Part shown: positions 8,513 to 15,886 of the stretch, one piece after another
How positions within the stretch are numbered: position 1 is the stretch's first letter
Layout of the letters: each line of letters starts with the position of its first letter
The notes under the pieces: generated by a model
What the model was told of the DNA's origin: nothing
Database searches by the model: none
What the model saw: the letters and a program-made list of their open reading frames with translations, nothing else
Source of the DNA: Anaerolineales bacterium
Lineage (GTDB): Bacteria > Chloroflexota > Anaerolineae > Anaerolineales > Villigracilaceae
Assembly (NCBI GenBank): GCA_036524055.1
Contig: DATDCZ010000029.1
Span: 1,042-65,041, forward strand
Direction: 5' to 3'
DNA: 64,000 bases
Translations under genes and position numbers: made by a program

Positions 8513-10297
8513 ATGGCTGAAACCGCTAAAGCTTCCACCTCACCATTCTCGGTCTTCCGCAATCGCAATTTCTCACTGATGTGGTCGGGCCAACTGGTTT
8601 CGACCATGGGCTCTGCCTTGACGTCGCTGGCGGCCTCCATCTATGTCTTCCGGCTGACGAACTCAGCCTTGAGCGTGGGCCTGATGTTGATGGCCACGGC
8701 AGCACCCAGCCTGCTCGTCGGACTGTTCGCAGGCGTGTTCGTGGATCGCTACGACCGGAAGAAGATCATGATTATCTGCGATCTTCTCCGGGCGGTGTTG
8801 GTGTTCCTGGTCCCCTTCCTTGTAGGTCATGGCGTCGTGTGGCTGTATGTCATCGTGATGCTGACCAGCGCCATCGGTCAGTTTTTCGATCCCGCTCATG
8901 AGAGTGTGCTGCCGGAAGTTGCCTCGGATGAGGAGCTGGCTGCGGCGAACTCACTCATCGCCATCAGCTCATTTGGCTCGACGGCCATCGGCTTCGCCGC
9001 CTCAGGTTTGATCGCCGCCGCGGCGGACATCAGTTGGGCGTTCTATCTGGATGCCGTGACTTTCCTTGTTTCGGCACTTTGCATTTACTTGATTCGCATC
9101 AAGGCTTTCACGTCAGACGAGAAGACCAGCGCCTCGATTGTCATCAGCAACCTGCGCGCCGGGGTGCAGCAGCTGTTCAAGACTCCGATACTGCGATCGC
9201 TCTTCACTGCGCAGGTGCCTGTGCTGATGGCGTTCGGCCTGGTCAACGCCTTGTTGCTGCCTTTTGCCATACGCGCTCTCGGTGCGACCGAGTTTGAGTA
9301 CGGCTTGCAGGAGGGACTCACTTCCATCGGTTTCGTCATCGGCAGCCTGCTCATGGCGGGCATATTCGACCGCATGCGCGAGGGTGCGTGGATCGGCATC
9401 AGTTTCTTCGGTATGGCCATCGCCGGGATCGTGTATTCCTTCCTTCACTCCATCCCGCTCGCCATATTGGTGGTGACCATCTCGGGCTTCTTCAACGCGC
9501 CTTCCGCTATCGGGCGCAGGTTGGTGGTGCAGCGCAACACACCGCGGGAAATGCGCGGTCGGGTAAATAGTGTCTTTTTCGTGTCTCGCGACGTGCTTTT
9601 CCTGGTCGGTATGGCGGCCGCCGGGCTTGCCGATACGATTGATGTCCGCGTGATGTACCTGGCTGGCTCGCTGATCATCCTTGTCGGTGCAGTCCTGGTC
9701 ATGACGCTGCCCGGGCTGCGGCAGGAAGGGGCGGAATGGCAACAAGCGCTCGGCTTCCTGAGGGCCTCTGCAACGGCCCCGGGGCTCGGCAAAGGCCGGG
9801 CCGCTGTGCCGGCAGATGTGGATCTACTCGTGGGCCTCGTTCCAACTCTCTCGGTTCTCACGGTCAAGGAGCGCGCCAATCTCGCCCGTTCGGCCAGGGT
9901 TGTTGAAGTGCCGGCTGCCACCGCAGTCCTGCGACGTGGCGATGCAGGGGACGCGGCGTTCTTCATTCTGGAAGGCCGCGTGGCAGCCGGGCTGACGACG
10001 GCGGGAGGCGATTACAAGTCGCTTGAGTCTATGACCGTGGGAGATCTCTTCGGTGAGATCGCCGCCCTGACGGGTTCGACACGCCGGGCAGATGTGGTCG
10101 CCACTGATGCCTCGAAGCTGTTCCAGATCCCGGCAGAAACCTTGCGGGGATTAATGAGCCAGCCTGCAATGAGTGCCATGGTCCTGTCCAAGATGACCGA
10201 GCGACTTAGTATATCCAGCCAGTATGAGCTGCCGCGCTTCGCCGGAGTCGATCAACAGGCGATGCGCGAATTGCGCACCGCGCCGGCAGAGTCCTGA
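8513..10297 (+). CDS. MFS transporter fused to a C-terminal cyclic-nucleotide-binding domain
   Basis: About 400 aa of 12-helix MFS-like sequence (FVDRYDRKK loop motif), then VLRRGDAGDAAFFILEGRVA...GDLFGEIAALTGSTRRADVVA, a cNMP-binding beta-roll. ATG 8513 has AGGAG 8 nt upstream. Confidence 0.8.
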   Translation: MAETAKASTSPFSVFRNRNFSLMWSGQLVSTMGSALTSLAASIYVFRLTNSALSVGLMLMATAAPSLLVGLFAGVFVDRYDRKKIMIICDLLRAVLVFLVPFLVGHGVVWLYVIVMLTSAIGQFFDPAHESVLPEVASDEELAAANSLIAISSFGSTAIGFAASGLIAAAADISWAFYLDAVTFLVSALCIYLIRIKAFTSDEKTSASIVISNLRAGVQQLFKTPILRSLFTAQVPVLMAFGLVNALLLPFAIRALGATEFEYGLQEGLTSIGFVIGSLLMAGIFDRMREGAWIGISFFGMAIAGIVYSFLHSIPLAILVVTISGFFNAPSAIGRRLVVQRNTPREMRGRVNSVFFVSRDVLFLVGMAAAGLADTIDVRVMYLAGSLIILVGAVLVMTLPGLRQEGAEWQQALGFLRASATAPGLGKGRAAVPADVDLLVGLVPTLSVLTVKERANLARSARVVEVPAATAVLRRGDAGDAAFFILEGRVAAGLTTAGGDYKSLESMTVGDLFGEIAALTGSTRRADVVATDASKLFQIPAETLRGLMSQPAMSAMVLSKMTERLSISSQYELPRFAGVDQQAMRELRTAPAES

Positions 10298-10348
10298 GGA
10301 GTTCAGCGCAGCTCGGAGGCTGCCTCGCTTCATCGGAATAGAACTGAC

Positions 10349-10385
10349 AAGAAAGCACCCGCGCGTCGGTGGCGGGTGCTTTCTT
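10349..10385. terminator. Bidirectional terminator-like hairpin between convergent genes
   Basis: AAGAAAGCACCCGC-9 nt-GCGGGTGCTTTCTT; A-run and T-run flanks allow function on both strands. Confidence 0.65.
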
Positions 10386-10424
10386 GTAACCTGGCTTGCG
10401 GTGAGCCGGATACGGATTGCAGAC

Positions 10425-11099
10425 TCAGCTTGGCGCAGACGCGGCGCCTACCGGCTCCACGAACAACGCGGCGGCGAGATCGTATCCCAGTACGTGTTCG
10501 CGCTTGCCGTATTGGATTCGGAGCGGCCCCTTCGATGGCGCGCGATGGCGGAGTTCGAACTCAACCTGTGGGAATAGGCCAAGCTCGGCGAAGTAGCGCA
10601 GTTCATCGGGATTGTGCGTCCGTACCCGGCTGATGCGGCAGCGCGTGCCGGCCGAAAGCTGCACCAGGCTTGTATCCCTTACCTCGGGCATAACGCCCTC
10701 CTTGGATGGGATGGGTTCTCCATGCGGACACCGCGTAGGATGACCGGTGATCTCATCCAACCGGTCCTCGAGATGATCGTTGATTCCCAGCTCGAACTGA
10801 TCTGAAAGATCGTGGGCTTCGTCCCATCCGTATTTCATCACCCGGACGAGGAAAACCTCAACCAGCCGATGCCGCCGTAGCGCCGGCATCGCGATGCGCT
10901 CGCCTTCCCCGGTGAGCCGCACGCCGCGATACAGCTCGTGCTCCAGGTAGCCGAGGTCCTTCAGCCGCGCCACCATGCGCGAGGTGGCCTGCAGGGATGA
11001 GTTGACCGCCTCGGACAGCTCAGAAAGTCCGACCTTCGGCAGATCCTGTTGCAAGCGGTAGATCTCGGCGGCGTAGCGCCGCATGGCGGGGGTGGTCAT
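10425..11099 (-). CDS. DtxR/MntR-family metal-dependent transcriptional regulator with C-terminal FeoA/SH3-like domain
   Basis: N-terminal winged helix (LSEAVNSSLQATSRMVARLKDLGYL), the HRLVEVFL dimerisation helix and metal-site region HLEDRLDEITGHPTRCPHGEPIP. Confidence 0.85.
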   Translation of the reverse strand: MTTPAMRRYAAEIYRLQQDLPKVGLSELSEAVNSSLQATSRMVARLKDLGYLEHELYRGVRLTGEGERIAMPALRRHRLVEVFLVRVMKYGWDEAHDLSDQFELGINDHLEDRLDEITGHPTRCPHGEPIPSKEGVMPEVRDTSLVQLSAGTRCRISRVRTHNPDELRYFAELGLFPQVEFELRHRAPSKGPLRIQYGKREHVLGYDLAAALFVEPVGAASAPS

Positions 11100-11148
11100 T
11101 TTCTTGAAAGCTTGAATATCAGCCCTTCTTGCATGAGATTTATCCGAT

Positions 11149-11165
11149 TTTCACCCAAGGTGAAA
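11149..11165. promoter_or_regulatory. Inverted repeat TTTCACC-CAA-GGTGAAA in the AT-rich divergent promoter region; candidate metalloregulator operator
   Basis: Perfect 7-3-7 palindrome read directly, between the DtxR-family gene (minus) and the FTR1 permease gene (plus). It does not match the classic DtxR box, so the assignment is speculative. Confidence 0.3.
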
Positions 11166-11284
11166 CAGAACATCACCTGAATTTATATCAATTTTATCTT
11201 AAGTATCTGGCTTCTTCCGGACTGGCAGATTATAACAGGGGCAGGTTGCGGCGATTTCGACTACTTCAAGGAGCTCTCTGAAGC

Positions 11285-12115
11285 ATGCTGGCAAGTATTC
11301 TACTGGCACTACGTGAAGGACTGGAAGCGGCGCTCATCGTCGGGATAGTCTTGGGCGCGCTTCGAAAGATGGATCGAGGCGACCTCGCTCCGGCCGTCTG
11401 GCGCGGGACGATTTCCGCGATCTTCGTGAGCCTGGCCGCGGCCATCGGGCTGACAGCACTCGGGCTGAGCCTCGAAGGGCCGGCCGAGCCGATCTTCGAG
11501 GGTGCAGCGATGCTCCTCGCGGCTGCCATCCTCACATGGATGATCTTCTGGATGAACCGTCAATCACGGTACATGAAGCAGGGCTTGGAAACTGGTGTGC
11601 GCCGCGCGGCCCTGTCGACTGGGAAGGGCGCACTGTTTGGTCTGGCTTTCCTGGCCGTGGTGCGCGAGGGCATCGAATTGGCATTGTTTCTGACGGCGGC
11701 TGCGTTTGCTTCCGGCGCGCGCGGTACGATCCTGGGCGGCTTGGTGGGTTTGGCCGCTGCCGCGTTCATTGGTTGGTCGCTTTTTGCCTCGACGATCCGG
11801 CTTGACTTGAAGCGCTTCTTCCAGGTCACGGGCGTGCTTCTTCTGTTATTTGCGGCCGGCTTGGTGGGAAACGGAGTGCATGAGTTCAATGAGGTCGGAT
11901 GGATACCCGCGCTCGTTGAGCATGTGTGGGATCTGAACCCCATACTGAGTGAAAGCTCGGGCGCGGGTGTGGCCCTCAAGGCCCTGGTTGGCTACAATGG
12001 CAACCCCAGCCTGACTGAGGTTATGGCCTACCTCGCGTACGTCGTCGGCGTCCTTCTTGCTCTGAGGCGCACTGATCGCAAGGCCGCGGCGGCCGCGGCG
12101 CAAGTCCCCGCCTAG
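11285..12115 (+). CDS. FTR1/EfeU-family high-affinity iron permease
   Basis: Two REGxE motifs (REGLEAAL, REGIELAL) in a polytopic membrane protein. Confidence 0.85.
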   Translation: MLASILLALREGLEAALIVGIVLGALRKMDRGDLAPAVWRGTISAIFVSLAAAIGLTALGLSLEGPAEPIFEGAAMLLAAAILTWMIFWMNRQSRYMKQGLETGVRRAALSTGKGALFGLAFLAVVREGIELALFLTAAAFASGARGTILGGLVGLAAAAFIGWSLFASTIRLDLKRFFQVTGVLLLLFAAGLVGNGVHEFNEVGWIPALVEHVWDLNPILSESSGAGVALKALVGYNGNPSLTEVMAYLAYVVGVLLALRRTDRKAAAAAAQVPA

Positions 12116-12135
12116 TCCGGATTGGCTGTGAGAGA

Positions 12136-12165
12136 AACAGGCTCCGTGAATTCACGGAGCCTGTT
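12136..12165 (+). terminator. Terminator-like hairpin after the FTR1 gene
   Basis: Perfect palindrome AACAGGCTCCGTGAATTCACGGAGCCTGTT followed by CTTTC. Confidence 0.6.
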
Positions 12166-12285
12166 CTTTCAATGCAATACAATCGGATCTGGGGACCTCA
12201 TCCCACCTGCAGCTACGCTAGAGCGGCATGGCGTGGTAAATCGCAATGGGAGCTTACGGGCCGGCAGCGGGGCCCGGACAACAAT

Positions 12286-13590
12286 ATGTCCACAGAACCA
12301 CAAAGTTCCAATGTCGGAAGTCTCACTCTTGCCATTGATCTCGGAACTTCGCGTCTCAAGCTTGCCGCATTTGACGAAGAACTAGATCAGGCGTACGCCG
12401 TCTCCTCTTCCACACCAACGGGTCGGGCGAGGGGCGAGCTTGAGGCCGGGGATCTCTGGCTCGGGATTCAAGGTTTGGTGAGCAGTGCCGGCGTCGGACT
12501 CGACTTGCGACGGATAACCGCGATCGGCATCACCGGCATGGCCGAATCCGGATGCCTCATCGACAAGCAGGATCGACCGATCACGCCCATGCTGTTGTGG
12601 CACGATCGGCGTGGCATTAGGCAGGCCGCTGCGCTCCGCCGCAGGGCTGGCCCCAGATTCGCGCGGCTCACAGGATTGCGGATGACCAGTGTCCGATCGG
12701 TCGCCAAATGGCGATGGATGATCGACCACGGAGCACCGCGGGCTGCTCGATGGTGTGGCGCGCCGGAGTGGATTGCGCTTTGTTTGACGGGCGCATGGGC
12801 AACGGACTATACGCTCGCGGTTCGGACGGGCGTCTTCGATGTTGCCGGGCGCCGCTATTCGCGCGAGCTGCTTGCGGCTGCCGGCGCGCGGCCGGGGATT
12901 TTTCCACCAACTCGAGGCTCGCCTGCGCCCATTGGCAAGCTCCGTCCCAACGTCGCCGCTGAACTGGGTCTGTCTGGCTCAGCAGAGGTCGTGATAGCCG
13001 GGCACGACGACATTGTCTCAGCCTATGGGGCTGAGGGTCGAGAGGGTGACTTGATCGACTCGGGCGGCACCGCCGAAGGGCTGGTACGGATTCTGGCTTC
13101 GGTCCCGTCGCCGGCCACGACTGCAAAGGCGCGCATGGCCATGACGCCCTTCTATCTGACCGGGACCTTCGCCCTTCTTGCGGGAGCCGGCTCGACGGGC
13201 GCGCTCATGCAAGAGGCGGCCAAGATGCTGGGGCAGTCGCCCGCGGAATTGGACCGCCTTGCAACGCCGAGGCGGCAGTATCCCGAAGGGACCATCAAGG
13301 CTCGACTCACAAAGGAAAGTCTGCCGCGACTGAAGGTCGATTCCAAAGTCGCGGCGCCGCGCGTTTGGAGCGCCGTCCTGGACCTTGTTTGTGATCGGTT
13401 CGAGGCCGCCGCCAGAAGACTGGAGCAGCTGGCCGGGCCACCCCGGCGCCTCGTTCTGATCGGCGGCGCAGCTCAGAGCGACGAGTTGGTGAGGAGAAAG
13501 GCCGAGCGCCTTGGCTTGCCTGCAGTCGTCCTGCATGGAGTGGATACGGCCACGCTCGGCGCGGCCATGCTTGCGAAACGCTCACCCTGA
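12286..13590 (+). CDS. FGGY-family carbohydrate kinase (xylulokinase-like)
   Basis: LAIDLGTSRLK phosphate-1 motif near the N-terminus and GGAAQS near the C-terminus. ATG 12286 chosen because family members start just before the DxGTS motif (ORF track start 12172). Confidence 0.75.
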   Translation: MSTEPQSSNVGSLTLAIDLGTSRLKLAAFDEELDQAYAVSSSTPTGRARGELEAGDLWLGIQGLVSSAGVGLDLRRITAIGITGMAESGCLIDKQDRPITPMLLWHDRRGIRQAAALRRRAGPRFARLTGLRMTSVRSVAKWRWMIDHGAPRAARWCGAPEWIALCLTGAWATDYTLAVRTGVFDVAGRRYSRELLAAAGARPGIFPPTRGSPAPIGKLRPNVAAELGLSGSAEVVIAGHDDIVSAYGAEGREGDLIDSGGTAEGLVRILASVPSPATTAKARMAMTPFYLTGTFALLAGAGSTGALMQEAAKMLGQSPAELDRLATPRRQYPEGTIKARLTKESLPRLKVDSKVAAPRVWSAVLDLVCDRFEAAARRLEQLAGPPRRLVLIGGAAQSDELVRRKAERLGLPAVVLHGVDTATLGAAMLAKRSP

Positions 13591-13630
13591 ATCGGGGGCA
13601 GGATGCGCTCGCCCCGTCCAAAGCGAAACC

Positions 13631-13659
13631 TTGACAACTTAGTACATATGTTCTATAAT
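13631..13659 (+). promoter_or_regulatory. Consensus sigma70-type promoter TTGACA-17-TATAAT with embedded LexA (Cheo-type) box candidate AGTACATATGTTCT (13641-13654)
   Basis: TTGACA 13631-13636, 17-nt spacer, TATAAT 13654-13659. The box matches GAAC-N4-GTTC at 11 of 12 positions, with the ATAT centre of the B. subtilis consensus. Confidence 0.6.
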
Positions 13660-13740
13660 TCATCGGATGCATACTGCCGCTCTTTCTTGGCATACACGGC
13701 CCGGGTCATGGGTTCTTCTGAGGCGAATTAGCCGAATGGC

Positions 13741-13826
13741 ATTCGAACCTCATTCGAACCTCGGTGGAGGCGCTCCTCTGTACCCGTAAGTTGCCCGTAG
13801 CCGGCGCATTCGAATTTTTAAAACGC
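13741..13826 (+). repeat. Copy 1 of a repeat of about 85 nt (three CATTCGAA motifs); probable decayed relic of the 3' end of a paralogue of the 56020-56505 gene
   Basis: ATTCGAACCTCATTCGAACCTC (13741-13762) is identical to the reverse complement of 56048-56069. Downstream TACCCGTA..GCATTCGAA..TTTTTAA also aligns with the reverse complement of 55982-56030. Confidence 0.75.
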
Positions 13827-13911
13827 TCGGCCCTCCATCACACCCTGGAGGGGTGCCGTCCGTGGTGACAATCCGATACAATGCGGGCCTGAACGACGCG
13901 AGGGAGAGTCA

Positions 13912-14799
13912 ATGACGATCAAGGTCCATCTTGTCGACGGCACTTATGAGCTCTTCCGGAACTTCTACGGTGCGCCTCCCAAGAAGGCGAAGGATGGCAG
14001 CGAGGTCGGTGCAACCCTCGGCCTGCTCAGGAGCATGTTGCTGCTTGTCACCAGCCCTGGCGTAACGCACGTAGGTGTGGCGTTCGACCACGTGATCGAG
14101 TCTTTTCGCAACGAGCTCTTTACGGACTACAAGACGGGAGACGGCGTGGATCCCGCCCTCATGGCGCAATTCCCACTCGCAGAAGAGGCGGTCGCAGCCC
14201 TGGGCATCGTCGTTTGGCCAATGGTGAAGTTCGAGGCGGATGACGCTCTTGGCACTGCGGCAAAACGTTTCCGGCAGGACAAGTCTGTGCGGCAGGTCGT
14301 CGTATGCTCCCCGGACAAGGACCTGGCTCAGCTGGTTTCGGGCAAGCGCGTGGTGTGCTGGGATAGGCGCCGCGAGATCGTCATCGACGAAGAGGCCGTG
14401 GTCGAGAAGTACGGCGTCCGGCCCGCTTCGATGCCGGATTGGCTGGCCCTCGTCGGCGATAGCGCGGATGGCTACCCCGGCGTACCCGGTTGGGGAGCGA
14501 AGTCGGCCTCAATGGTCCTGGCCCGCTATAAGCACATCGAGGCCATACCTGAGAAATCCGTGAAGTGGCGCATTTCAACACTCAGCGCCGGACGCGCCGC
14601 AAGCCTGGCTGAAAGCCTGTCTGCACACAGGGCTGAGGTCATGCTGTACAAAACGCTGGCAACGCTGCGATTCGACGTCCCTTTGCGGGAGGGCCTCGAC
14701 GATCTCGAATGGCGAGGCGCCCGTCGCCAGCTGCGCCATTTGTGCGCCGTCATGGGCGACGAAAGAATACCTGAGCGCGTCCCGCGCTGGCGGGCATAG
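13912..14799 (+). CDS. 5'-3' exonuclease / flap endonuclease (Pol I N-terminal-domain-like)
   Basis: VHLVDGTYELFR N-terminus, FDH..ESFRNELFTDYK, and the H3TH region LVGDSADGYPGVPGWGAKSA. SD GGGAGAG upstream of the ATG. Confidence 0.85.
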   Translation: MTIKVHLVDGTYELFRNFYGAPPKKAKDGSEVGATLGLLRSMLLLVTSPGVTHVGVAFDHVIESFRNELFTDYKTGDGVDPALMAQFPLAEEAVAALGIVVWPMVKFEADDALGTAAKRFRQDKSVRQVVVCSPDKDLAQLVSGKRVVCWDRRREIVIDEEAVVEKYGVRPASMPDWLALVGDSADGYPGVPGWGAKSASMVLARYKHIEAIPEKSVKWRISTLSAGRAASLAESLSAHRAEVMLYKTLATLRFDVPLREGLDDLEWRGARRQLRHLCAVMGDERIPERVPRWRA

Positions 14800-14914
14800 A
14801 ATTCGAGTCCTACGCCCATTCGGGCGAGTCTTGGGCGTCGGGCGCAGCATGGAGCACGAAGGCAAAGCCCGGTGACTGTAGAATGATCTTATCGGGAGCG
14901 AGGCAGAGAGACTC

Positions 14915-15886
14915 ATGAATGCCATCCAAGTTTCCAACCTGCGACGAGTTTTTAAGTCCTATGTCGGCGTGATTCGGCGCACTGCCAGGGAAGTGGTCGC
15001 TCTGGAGGATGTGTCCTTCGGCATAGAGCCAGGAGAGCTGTTCGGGCTGCTGGGACCGAACGGGGCAGGCAAGACCACCACAGTCAAGATCCTGACCACG
15101 CTCCTCATCCCCACGGCCGGAACGGCGACCATACAGGGCTTCGACGTGGTCAAGCAAGCCGATGAGATCCGCAAGCGCATCGGCTTCATCTTTGGCGGGG
15201 AGCGCGGCCTGTATTGGCGTCTGTCCGGGATCGATAATCTCAGGTACTTCGCCAGCCTTTACGGCGTCGCCCCCGAGGTCTCAAAGAAGCGTATTCCATA
15301 CCTGCTTGAGCTCGTGGGTCTCAAGGGTCGCGGCGAGGAGAGAGTGGGGGGTTACTCGCGTGGCATGAAGCAGCGCCTGCATGTGGCGCGCACGCTGCTT
15401 CACGATCCGGAGGTGCTATTCCTGGATGAGCCGACCATTGGCCTCGACCCTGTGGGGGCCAGGGAGTTCCGCCAGGTGATTCTCGATCTGCAGTCGGAGA
15501 AGAAGACCATCCTGCTGACGACCCACTACATGTTTGAGGCCGACGCGCTCTGCAATCGCATCGCCGTGATCAACCACGGGCGCATTGTGGCGCTGGACAC
15601 GCCGGTGGGCTTGAAGTCGAAGGTTCGCGACCTAAGTGTTGTGGAGGTTGAGATGTTCGGTCTGCCCCAGGAGATGCTGGAGGGGCTGCGCCGCCTGCCC
15701 TTCGTGGACTCACTCTCCGTGGAGGATCACGAACAGCGCCAGATGCTCATGATTCAGACCGCACGCGGTGCTGAAGCTGTGCCGGATGTCCTGGCCTCGC
15801 TGGCAGGGCTGAAGATTGGTCGCGTGATCGTCCGCGAACCGACGCTTGAAGACGCCTATGTCCGTCTCGTGGAAGGTGCGGCATGA
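14915..15886 (+). CDS. ABC transporter ATP-binding protein (ABC-2/DrrA-like exporter)
   Basis: Walker A GPNGAGKTT, signature-like YSRGMKQRL, Walker B LFLDEPT. Confidence 0.9.
   Translation: MNAIQVSNLRRVFKSYVGVIRRTAREVVALEDVSFGIEPGELFGLLGPNGAGKTTTVKILTTLLIPTAGTATIQGFDVVKQADEIRKRIGFIFGGERGLYWRLSGIDNLRYFASLYGVAPEVSKKRIPYLLELVGLKGRGEERVGGYSRGMKQRLHVARTLLHDPEVLFLDEPTIGLDPVGAREFRQVILDLQSEKKTILLTTHYMFEADALCNRIAVINHGRIVALDTPVGLKSKVRDLSVVEVEMFGLPQEMLEGLRRLPFVDSLSVEDHEQRQMLMIQTARGAEAVPDVLASLAGLKIGRVIVREPTLEDAYVRLVEGAA

Noticed and set aside
13666-13792. Mini-ORFs downstream of the consensus promoter (MHTAALSWHTRPGSWVLL, MAFEPHSNLGGGAPLYP)
   Set aside because: They have no SD and are 17-18 codons long. 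The second overlaps the decayed repeat element in a different frame from the intact copy, so they are treated as non-coding leader or relic.
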